DNA from: Macrostomum lignano
Taxonomy: Eukaryota
DNA: 64,000 bases
NCBI GenBank assembly: GCA_002269645.1
Contig: NIVC01002214.1
Coordinates: forward strand, 8,016 to 72,015
Direction: 5' to 3'
The notes under the pieces were generated by a model that was given only the letters and a program-made list of their open reading frames with translations, had not been told where the DNA came from and did not search any database. Numbering within the stretch: position 1 is the first letter of the stretch; every line of letters begins with the position of its first letter. This document shows, one piece after another, positions 48,281 through 59,880 of this stretch. Both the position numbers and the translations under genes were made by a program.

Positions 48281-48980
48281 CCACACTCAAGAAGGTGTCA
48301 CATGTGTGCGAGAATATATTTCAGTGTATTTATGGAGTCTGCGCTATGCGCAAAGCTAAAATATGAATTTGTGCGACAAGGTCTACATTCATTTATTGAC
48401 AAATACATAGCTAGAATACTAGCCAGGGGTTAGCGAAATAGGTAGCAACGCCTCTTTGCTGCATCCGGACACATGGAGCCCCCTGCAGCTAAGTCAAAGT
48501 AAGTCAAGCTAGAGTACTAATGTGCTATAGACTACAGTACTAAAAATTTTGTTTAAAAAACCAATTAAAACAAAACTCAAAAATGGATAAATTTTTGTAT
48601 CTAATGTAGGCTTTTTTCAACTCCTTTTGCTTTATTTTAGCTCATGTAGAAAATTGTCAAAAGAAATAGCTTTAACTTTATGCATGGTAAAATCCCATTT
48701 TTAATTTTATTATTTATGTTACTTACCAAGAAACAATTTTTTATTGATATGCTTAGAAAAAATGTAATGTTAAAGCATATTTTATGCACTGCATATGCAG
48801 ATTATATATTTAAGTGACTCATTGTAAGCTAAATTTTCCTGATCAGCTTATGCTATGTGCCACTATGTACTAAAAACTTCTGCTAAGCCTTTGTTGTGTG
48901 CCGTGTGCACCATTTTGTGCATATTTTTTGTTGATGTGCTCTGGAATTTTCCATCATAATGTACACCTTCCTGAGTATGG
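48281..48980. mobile_element. Non-autonomous TIR element related to the CCATAG family (700 bp)
   Basis: Ends CCACACTCAAGAAGGTGT / ACACCTTCCTGAGTATGG; exact 8-bp TSD CAAGACAT. Confidence 0.85.
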
Positions 48981-49633
48981 CAAGACATGAATTTTGCTAT
49001 TATACAGAATTATCTTTTGTAATTTTTATAGTGGCATAATGGTATAATGCAATTTTGTTATTCATTTGAACATGTGAGGGTTGTTTCTTACTTTCCTACT
49101 ATAGAAATCCTACTATTATATTACCAAGCTTTAATCCATAGGCCTAGTCAGAAAGGTAGCTTTTTTGCTTGAAAATTCCAGCATGCATTAGCCCGTCATA
49201 GTTTATTTGGCGTGAATTTGGTATGCTCAAATCTTAAAAAATGCATTTGGCATACAAAAAAGCTATTTAAAGATGCAAGCATTGTTAATTTCTGTAACAA
49301 AAGGTATCAATATTTCAAGGTTGTGGTTAAAAAATGATAGGAATACAAATAAAAAATAATATTAATAGAATGTAATTGTGTTTTAAAATAATTTTAGTAC
49401 TAGGACTTTATGTATGCAGTTATTATAAAAGTAAAATAGACACAAAACTTATTTTGTTATAATCTAAATATAAATGTCAATCATAAAAATAGAAAAAGGT
49501 CCTTTATTGTTATAGCACAAAAGTAAAGTTGTATAACTTTTTTAATTTTGGCATATATGGCAATCACATATCCATTTTTTTATGTAACTTAGTATATATA
49601 GGGACCTCTTCCCAAATTTAATTCATGTCCTAC

Positions 49634-49990
49634 GCCACTGTGTTGGAGTTGAGTGTTGAGGTTGGGGGAATGCACTTTAATGTACAGCGCTTCAAGTATC
49701 TGGAGTTTGGAGTCAAATGAGCATGCATTGATCAATGACTTTGAAGCACTCTTTGGGTTTACAGTTGGAGAAACTATTACACTCTAACAGATGGTTTTGG
49801 ATAGCCAACGGTTTCAGCCAATGTTCCCTGATTCTAGTGTGCAGGTGTTTTTTTGTTTTCCTCATGTAGGAGATGCTCTGATCATCAGAGCAGTTGAACT
49901 GATAAACAACAGCATGAAGAGCACAGGGAACGTGACTTCAACCAACTGACAAAGTTGCCAACCTTAGCAGAATGAAAGATGACACAGATG
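49634..49990 (-). mobile_element. Penelope-like element GIY-YIG endonuclease remnant, copy 1
   Basis: Homologous to 63166-63530; decayed GIY-YIG-type frame. Confidence 0.7.
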
Positions 49991-51536
49991 TTGCAATTAA
50001 ATGAGTTGCAGAATAAGTTGCATATTTTATTTTTGAAAAGTTGAGAAAGATAGCCAAAAAATGGAGGACAATATATAAAAAATGCAAATAAACATTTTTC
50101 AAAGATACACTTGAAATTTTACCTTATTATTTACCTTACCTTATTTTACCATTTTACCTTATTTTGATATATCTATTGAGTTCTAAAGTAATCAAGTTTT
50201 ATAAGTTATTATAAGTAGAAATTATTTTGCTTATAATAAAAAAGAATATAATTCTATTAGACATGTATTAAAACTTCATTCTGGCAATAAGATACTGATT
50301 TTAAAAATTAAAGATATGTCATGTTTCAAGGCCAAAAAATTTGTATGTAGCATAATACATTGTCTCTAATAATAGTTGCATGCCAAAAAATTGTGTTATT
50401 TTATAGAATATACTAAGAAACTTTACTTACTCTTCTATGTATACCATATACTAAGCTGTCTAGGACCTCATTGCATATGAGAATTTAAAAATAATAGCAT
50501 CTTTGACTTTGAGACTTGAAAATCCCAAGGTGATCAACAGCCAGGTGATTCCCAAGGTTGTGCACATATATGGTAAACGTGCCATCTTTTTCATTAATAA
50601 GGATTAAAAATATTTGACATTTGTAAAAATTAGGTACTTTGTATTTTCAACAAATTTAGATTGTTGAATATTATATGTATAATGTATATATATGCCCAAC
50701 CTTAAAATTTCACCTGTCTGGTACAACTTACTTTCTCCCAATTGCAACTTAATTTTCACTTTGTATATGACTTTTCTTGCCTTTTTCTCTTTTCTTCTCT
50801 TTCTCTTTCTCTCTCATCTTTTCCTTCTCTTTCTCCATCCTTTCTTTTCCTTAATGTTCATAATTTTAAGTAATAGAAACTATATATGTAACATTTTTGA
50901 TAGATTCTTTACCTACTAAGTTTTTTTAGTATTCATGCTTTTTACAGCCTTATATACAGCTAATGCAGTTTAATCAAAGAATTCTCCTAAATTAAAAAAG
51001 CAAACCAGTTAAAAATTTATAATGCTTTCATTAGGTAAAGGGCACCAAAAAGCATAGGCACAGAAAGTATGGTCTGGAAACCCCAAAAACACAAGTAAAA
51101 TATTTAATTTGTTGTCAAATTTTGTCAAGAATGTAAAAATTATTTCAAAACTTGTATATTTTACAATTTCCCTTTGTCTTACCACAATTTATGCTGTATG
51201 GGTCAGATAAGCTAGGTTGGCTAGCAGTTGTGGATAGGATAATCTTAAGGATATATCTTAAGATGTCATAGTTTATATTGCGACTTGCCTCTAGGCTATA
51301 GCTCCTATTGAAACCAAGGGCTGCTTATGTGGAGATTAAGTAATGATGATAAATAGTGAGCTGTCAAATTATTTTTTCTTAATCAATGGCAAACTGTTTG
51401 TATTGCCAGAATAATTGGTTGGTTTTGCAATTAAATTTAAGTAGAACACAAAGAATTCAGTTTTCTGTGACCAATATTACCTTTATCTAAGGTCGCATTT
51501 GCATTGCCTATTCTGCATGCGCATCCTCTGAACGCA

Positions 51537-51710
51537 ATGGCTCGGTCTAGAGCTTCTGCTCGCAAAGGGAAGAGCAAGGCCAAGAAGGGCAAGAAGGGAG
51601 CCGCCAAGAAGGCCTCCCCTGCCAAGAATGCCAAGGCCAGCAAGGCTACAGCCAAGCAGGTGAAGGATGCCGCCAAGCAGGCCGCTGACGCCCAGGCTGA
51701 CAGCAAGTGA
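51537..51710 (+). CDS. 57-aa Lys/Ala-rich basic protein (H1 C-tail/protamine-like)
   Basis: MARSRASARKGKSKAKKGKKGAAKKASPAK...DSK: 16 K, 3 R, 18 A, one SPAK motif. AAG/GCC codon bias matches the neighbouring genes and stands out against AT-rich flanks. Confidence 0.65.
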   Translation: MARSRASARKGKSKAKKGKKGAAKKASPAKNAKASKATAKQVKDAAKQAADAQADSK

Positions 51711-52547
51711 TGGAGCCGGCCATCATGTCTGACTCGGGCATGGCCCAGACTGTTTCTGTTGTCTCCTATTTAAATTTTGCAATACTGTCCTGCACTGGGC
51801 GCCTCCCTATCTAGTATTTTAGCGCGGTTTTTATCTATCAAAAAACCAAAGAATTGACATACCTGTACTCTATTGCAATTCATTTCTGAGTCTTACCGTA
51901 CTCACCCCCAGTTTGTTCAGCAGTGCTACTGCTCTGGGGCAAGCAGCTGACTGTTTAAACTTACAATTTCAGCAGATGTTCCGCTTTTTTTATTTTTTCA
52001 GAAAACATTGCTGTTTACCATTTTTTCGCGTAAAAATCTTTTTAACAGCTCCCCACTGTACTGTCGGGAAGGCTTGTTTTAGCAAAAGTATCCCTTCATT
52101 GTTTATCAAACTTACATTAGTTCAGTGTGAAAAAATACATCTTTTATCTCAGTCCCTTCAAAATGAAGTCTATTGTCATTTAAACCTGCTTGCTAGTTTA
52201 AAATTGATTTTAGTAAGGCGGTATTTACTATCACAGCAATTTAAACTAAATGGGAGCAGCGGGCAGGGTACACTGGAAGGACATGGACTAACCAGGCTCG
52301 AACATTTTGGAACCTGCTTGAAATGCTGGGAATTCGTTTATGATATATTTGATTAATTTGACATTTCATAAGAATTCCTGAAGCATGGTGATGGTTAGGG
52401 GGCCTGCAGTGCTAGTATTTCAAGACAGCTAAGCCTGATTTTGTGCACCTGCGTTGCTCAGTGCAGTAAGACTATTGGGAGCCCATTGGCATGCATTCCC
52501 ACCCATTGCGAACTGACTATTGGAAAATCGAATGCATGATGACGTAA

Positions 52548-52979
<432 letters not shown>

Positions 52980-54399
52980 GCGCTGTTTAGCACTCTTGCG
53001 AAACTCGTACTGGCTGCAGACTCTTCTGTAAATAGGTGGCGTTTTTTGTGTCTAATTTCTATTTAGCATTGTCAGCTATTTCTATTAATATATCAACACT
53101 TTCTGTGGTATGTTGCGTCCCGCACAAAACATTGTGTTATTTGTGACAATTTCATCACCACTATTTTATCTTAGCCAGCATTGGCAGCAGGCAAAGCACC
53201 CGTGTTGGCTGTCCGCTGTTGACAATTGCACTGATTCGCGTAATAATTGTTGCGTTTTCGTTTCTGTCGCTTTTATCCAATTTTTACTTTTTTATTAATT
53301 GCAAATTACTGGCGTTTAGCGTTATTTTCGTGTGAATAAGTCTTGCTAATTATTGACGAAATTATAAATACACCGAATACTGCTAGTGAGCGACTGGCCT
53401 TTGCTAACAACATCTCTCTGAGGCCCGCAGCAAACCGTTAAAAACAAAATTATGATTCTACGACGTAAATGTGTTTGTTAGTTTTCTGTACACGGCTGTA
53501 ATGCAGCCAATCGGGGTTGTCCTCGACGGCGACATGTATGTCGAACATGCTGAATCCTCACCGTGGCAGGCTAATTCCTCCGCCTGCACGATGCAAACCT
53601 ACTGTGCGATGGTTGCACACGGATAAGGAGATTTCGGTGAAAATCCAGCCCCGGGCGGCAATCATGATTGGTGCGGACATTTGTGTGTACTCGTAATACT
53701 CGTACTCTCGTATCTCAATGACTATAGTACACAAAGGCGAATCGTGTACATGTAGGACAGGATATGCACTTCTACCTTCTGGGGCATTTTGAAAGCTGCT
53801 GGCTTATGCGAAAAATGTACGTACTTTAGTTTTGGTGTACATGTACACTAAAGACATCTGAATCTAGTGTGGTACTTTTGGAATAATTGATATCCAACTT
53901 TAAGTACGTGTACCGCGCGGTATGGCTGGGTTTCACTGATTGTTGCAAAGCTTTTTTGAAGCCAGATTTTAATATAAGCATGCAAGCATGTTGCAAAAGT
54001 GCATGTAATGCCTTGCCCATTAGCATGATGAGCTGTATTTATACACAGTCATGTACATATTTACTCATACTTTAAAGGCCTTAACTTTTGGCTTCCGTGA
54101 TTTCAAAACCCTTGATAAAGCATCTTAAGTACAATCGTAGGCAATTTATTTATGCACAACAATGAGGAAGGCGAAAATGTAAGGCTTTGATCTCAGAGTC
54201 TTTTTGTCTCAGCTTTCTCCATACTGATAGGGGAGAGCTATAGTTGCATACTTTGGGCCTCCTCACTCCTCAGAAGCCCCCTTGCCCATGGAGCCCAGGA
54301 TCCAAGGCTCAGTGAGTTTAGTCAGGTCAGTCGTCAATTATGGGGATCACAAACGTTGCCAAACCACTGAGGCGGTGCGCGAAGTCTCAGAGCGGTGCA

Positions 54400-55250
54400 A
54401 CTCAGTGGCGTTGGCGGCGCCGTCTAGTTGCCCGTCGTCCAGCTGTTGCGGCCAGCCTCTAGCTGTGTCATCGGCCCCGTCACCCCAGCCGCGCGCGGTG
54501 GTCATCCAGGATGCAGCGGCTGATGTGCCAGCGGCTGCCATCCGTCAGAGTGATTGTGTTGCCCTCACGACTGACGACTGTTTGTTGCTCGGAGACGCCG
54601 CTGCTGAGCTTTCCACGCCTCGGCCGACGGGCGCGGATGCGGACGCGGCTCCCGACAGTCAGCGCTGCGTCCTTGATCAGCGGCTGGTTCTGCATGCTGG
54701 CGCATCCGGCGACGGCTCTTGGCCTTCTATGCTGCTGTCGCTCTGGGACGCTGCGCCGCAGCTCCTGGTCCGTCGTTGACTCGGTGCTTGCTGGTCAAAG
54801 ACAATCAAGAGGCAGGCGGAGCTTCCGTCATAGCATCAGCCGGCAACTTCTTGGTCAGCGTGTGCTCGGATGACCGATACTCTAGAAGCAGCTTCCTGAA
54901 CCATACCTGCTTCACCGGTTTGGGCCGAGATAAGAACCTTATTAACTAACGAGCTTTATATTTAGATTTTCCCTGCAGGCCGTAGGCGAGAAGTGCGCAC
55001 ATTTAATGAGGTCTTGATGAATCCGTTAAACCTCTCGACTCCGCCATTCTGCTGTGGGCAGTAGAACGGAGTGGCGACCTTGATGTCGATCAGCGAGCTG
55101 AGGAAGTCTGTGAACTCAGTCGACAAAAACTGAGGTCCGAATTGTCCATGGTAATTTCGTGTGGAAGTCCTTAGCGGACGAACAGCTGCGAAGAGCTTCG
55201 ATACAAGTGAATTAGATGGCTTTCTGCTTCCCGATTTAGGCACTTAAGCT
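54400..55250 (-). mobile_element. Gypsy-type LTR retrotransposon integrase remnant
   Basis: Reads GPQFLSTEFTDFL...PFYCPQQNGGVERFNGFIK (rve core) and LTVGSRVRIR...DGSRWH (C-terminal region); frameshifted. Confidence 0.85.
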
Positions 55251-56559
55251 TAACCTTATTAAGTCTCGAGCCTCTTCTCTCGGAAGTCTTAATTTCTTTC
55301 GTAGCTCTCAGTAGCGCACGTAGGTAGTGCTGCCACTTTGCAGAATTGCAAGGCGATAGCGAGAGTTGGGCCTGTGGGCCTTGGCTGTCGTGAGAGACAA
55401 ACTTAACAGTGAATACTTAACTAATTGTGCATTTCGTGAATTGTCAGAGAACATCCTGATATTACGTTCACGATATTCGTGTATAAATCCGGAAATTCTT
55501 TATTTCTTTTCATTTGGCTTTTCTTTTTTTCTTCACCTGTCTGTTTTAGCTAGCCTGGACTTAGGCATATTGACTGTTACTAACTCAGCTGAACTGCCAT
55601 ACTTTTATTATTCGACGATTGACATCAAAGTAATTTTTAAGCTCTCATGTGGTCATTTATCTATTTCGCTCCTGCAGAATTTACTTTCTGGTAGTTGAAC
55701 TCTCAGTCTAGTGAACTTCAATTGCAATGAACTTCCAAGCTCAATTTAAACTGTAGCTGTTCGTGTGCAGTTACTTTGGAAAGTTCAGCATAGATAATGA
55801 ATTTGCATTTACCACCATGAATCAACTTTATTTTTACAATGAGTGATTTACATAGGCTGGTAGGCCCTAGGTAGCCTAGCTTCTCAAGTTCTCACTCATG
55901 ACTCATTTGTTAGCTTCCCAAATATTAGGCTGCAACCTTATCTAACCTAAGTCTAAGATAAGGATGTTAAAGCAAAAAGCATCAGCCTAAAGGCTGAAGC
56001 TAAACCTAAATAAAACTGAAGGCTAGCATTCTAGCCTAAGACATTGTCATTAGGCCTAGCATCTTCTTTTATTAGCATCAGTATCAAAATCAAAACCTTT
56101 TTAGTAGGCCCTAGTATTTGGCATCTTAGCATTATTTTTTTAATCAAAAGGCCTTAACATTTATTCTTGTAACAACTAATAAGCAACTTTATTTTAATTA
56201 AGTCATGGCCTAATCTTGTTAAGGGCCTAACCAGACATTTTTCAACTGGCATTTTGTCAATTGGAATTTTCTTCAAGCCAAAATTATTTGTTTAGTATAT
56301 ATAGGCCATATAGGCCCTATTAGCTATTAATATTAACAAGTGTTATATAACATTAATTTAAAACATGTGCAGTTTTAAAATTGAAATAGGGCCTAAATGG
56401 AGAGATGGACATTAGCCTTAGCATTAAGGCTATTATTGTAAGATTACTTCAAAAAATAGAAAACATTATTTTTAAGGACAAAGAAATATGTGTCACATGT
56501 TTTAAACAAATTTAATATTAAATTTCTACTTTTGCTATGCAACTAGGCCTATGGCTATA

Positions 56560-57702
56560 TAGGGGTTCCAGTGAGGTTTTGAAACATTTTTTATTCTTGG
56601 ATATTTTTGGGCAGCTAAGTAGATCTCTGCAACCAAAATCCAAAATGGCCTCACTTGTTAATTTCTGTCAAGGAATAAAAAAGTTATAGCATTTTTAGTT
56701 GTAGAAAATTTTGTAATTCCTTATGGCATTTTTGCATTACGGCCTGTGACCTTTTTTTCGCAAAAAGTACAATATTTCATATACTTTTATTTATAACTTT
56801 TTTGTCCCTTATCCAATTTTAATATGTTGGGTGTCATTTTTTGCATTTTTTATATTTCCTATACATGCCCTCTTTGCATTCAGTTTCATTAAGGACATCA
56901 TATTGATCGAAAAAAGCAAAATAAAAAACGAAACAAATCTGCAAATTTACCATTTATCTACTACAAGTAGACATACATTTTTTGGCAGGTTAACTTAAAT
57001 ATTGACCTTGCGGCAAACTTTTATGCAATGGGACTTATACCATGTCATTCAGCATGGAAATCTGCATATTAAACATGTTTAATTTCCTCGTCTCCGCATC
57101 TATGAAGACAGACATCAACTTTATTGTCTTCTTAATGGCAGTTTATATGTATAAAGGAACAGAGGCTTAGCTGCCTTGCGGCAAGTCATTCGAGATGCCT
57201 CTTTTTGGCAAAATGGAGCAAACGTTACCCGCATATCAAATTGAATTGTTTAAAATGCGGCCTTTCATGATGACACAAAGAAAAACATGTTGAAAATTTT
57301 CAACTGACAGTAAAAGGGCCTTAGAAATTTTTTTTCATTTTTTATTGCAAAATTTGTGCTTTACTATATCCTTTATTCATTCCTTTCATTTAATTTGTTA
57401 TTCCTAGCACGCTTTAAGGTGATATTTCAATTGGCCATATGAACCCTCATTTTTACGATTGGCTTCATTTCGTATTTGTGACGCTTTTTGTGGTAACTTT
57501 CGACACGTATAACTTTTTTCTTATGTCATACTATAAGAAGGTTCAACACATTTTGGAAAGTATAATTTGTCTAGTTTCTGTTGTATATTTCAGTTTGTCT
57601 TTATTTCGTAATTTAGTACCTTTTTTCTTCATTCTACGTAGGACACATTTTCACATTTTTCGTGTTTTGGGACATATTTCACAAACCTCATCGGAACCCC
57701 TA
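56560..57702. mobile_element. Non-autonomous TIR element with 5-bp TSD (1143 bp)
   Basis: ~28-bp imperfect TIR TAGGGGTTCC(AG/GA)TGAGGTTT; flanks CTATA / CTATA. Confidence 0.75.
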
Positions 57703-57997
57703 CTATAATCAATTTGCTAAGTTACCATATATCTAGTTGACAAAATATTAGTTGATAACTAGCAATCTAGTGCGGCCCCCTTTGGGCGCCCAATAAGCAA
57801 GGAGCAAAAATAGTTCATGGAAAAAAATAAAAAAGCACATTTTCTTAAACACCAATTCCTTCTTCACTTTAAAAAATCACCTTATTAATGTAAAATTGTC
57901 ATGGACAATGATATTTGCTATGAATCTCTTTTTTTCTAAAATTAACAAACAGACAACAGAATATAGCTTTCATAAAGATAACAGACATTCCACCTAA

Positions 57998-58345
57998 ATA
58001 GAAAATATTCCCAAGACAGCAAGCATCCCTCCAGATAGCAAGCACCCCCCCTCCAAAAGTAAACAACTGCAGATAGCAAGCATCTCCCAAATATTGTAGA
58101 AGCATCCACCCAGATAGCAAGCATCCACCCAGATAGCAAGCATCCACCCAGGTAGCAAGCATCCACCCAGATAGCAAGCATCCACCTAGGTAGCAAGCAT
58201 CTACCCAGATAGCAAGCATCCACCCAGATAGCAAGAATCCACCTAGATAGCAAGCATCCTGCACATAGCAAGCACCCCCCAGATATTGTAGAAGCATCCA
58301 CCCAGATAGCAAGCATCCTGCAGATAGCCAGAATCCCTAAATAGC
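57998..58345. repeat. 19-bp minisatellite (GCAAGCATCCACCCAGATA)
   Basis: Period 19, with degenerate edges. Confidence 0.9.
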
Positions 58346-58386
58346 AAGCATCCCTGGATAGAAAGAATCCCACACATGTAGCCAAG

Positions 58387-59880
58387 CTTATCAAGTGCAG
58401 TAATCCTTGGTTTATCAAGTGCAGTAATCTTTGGTTTATCAAGTGCAGTAATCCTTGGTTTATCAAGTGCAGTAATCCTTGGTTTATCGAGTGCAGTAAT
58501 CCTTGGTTTGCCAAGTGCTATATTCCTTGGCCTATTAAGAGCAATAATCTTTGGCTTATTAAGAGAAATAGTCCTTGGTTTATCAAGTGTAGTAATCCTA
58601 GGCTTATCAAGCGCAATAATCCTTGGCCTATTAAGAGCAATAATCCTTGGTTTATTGAGTGCAATAATCCTTGGCTTATCAAGCGCAGTAATCCTTAGCT
58701 TATTAAGAGCAATAATCCTTGGTTTATCAAGCGCAGTAATCCTTGGGTTATCAAGAGCAATAATCCTTGGTTTATCAAGTGCAGTAATCCTTGGTTTGCC
58801 AAGTGCAATAATCCTTGGCCTATTAAGAGCAATAATCCTTGGTTTATCAAGTGCAGTAATCCTTGGTTTGCCAAGTGCAATAATCCTTGGCCTATTAAGA
58901 GCAATAATTCTTGGCTTATCGAGTGCAATAATCCTTGGTTTATTAAGAGGAATAATCCTTGGCTTATTAAGAGCAATAATCCTTGGTTTATCAAGTGCAG
59001 TAATCCTTAGCTTATTAAGAGCAATATCCTTGGTTTATCAAGTGCAGTAATACTTGGCTTATCAAGCGCAATAATCCTTGGTTTATTAAGAGCAATAATT
59101 CTTGGTTTATCAAGCGCAGTAATCCTTGGCTTATAAAGAGCAATAATCCTTGGTTTATCAAGCACAGTAATCCTTGGTTTATTAAGAGCAATAATTCTTG
59201 GCTTATCAAGTGCAATAATTCTTGGTTTATTAAGAGCAATAACTCTTGGTTTATCAAGTGGTATTCCTTGGTTTGCCAAGTGCAATAATCCTTGGTTTAT
59301 CAAGCGCAGTAATCCGTAGCTTATTAAAAGCAATAATTCTTGGCTTATCAAGTGCAATAATCCTTGGTTTATTAAGAGCAATAATTCTTGGTTTATCGAG
59401 TGCAGTAATCCTTAGCTTATTAAGAGCAATAATCCTTGGTTTATTGAGTGCAGTAATCCTTAGCTTATAAAGAGCAATAATCCTTGGTTTATCAAGCGCA
59501 GTAATCCTTGGTTTGCCAAGTGCAATAATCCTTAGCTTATTAAGAGCAATAATCCTTGGCTTATCAAGTGCAATAATCCTTGGTTTAATAAGAGCAATAA
59601 TTATTGGTTTATCAAGAGCAGTAATCCTTGGCTTTTCAAGCGCAGTAATCCTTGGTTTAATAAGAGCAATAATTCTTGGTTTATCAAGAGCAGTAATCCT
59701 TGGTTTATCAAGTGCAGTAATCCTTGGTTTATCAAGTGCAATAATTTTTAGTTTTTCACACAACTGCAGTAATCCTTGGCTTATTAAGTGCAATATTTCT
59801 TGGTTTATCAAGCGCAGTAATCATTGTTTTATCAAGTGCAATAATCCTTAGTTTATCAAGTGCAGTAATCCTTGGTTTAT
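58387..59880. repeat. 24-bp satellite with two alternating variants (AAGTGCAGTAATCCTTGGTTTATC / AAGAGCAATAATCCTTGGTTTATT)
   Basis: Period 24, ~60 copies; an inverted copy lies at 60745-61155 and a short copy at 61458-61515. Confidence 0.95.

Noticed and set aside
52980-53100. Replication-dependent histone 3' stem-loop
   Set aside because: No GGYYCTTTT...RRRCC-type hairpin is present downstream of the H3 stop.
55850-56555. High density of AGGCCT/TAGGCC motifs (also at 46820-47150)
   Set aside because: The motif is scattered throughout the AT-rich DNA without fixed spacing or boundaries; no structure could be inferred.
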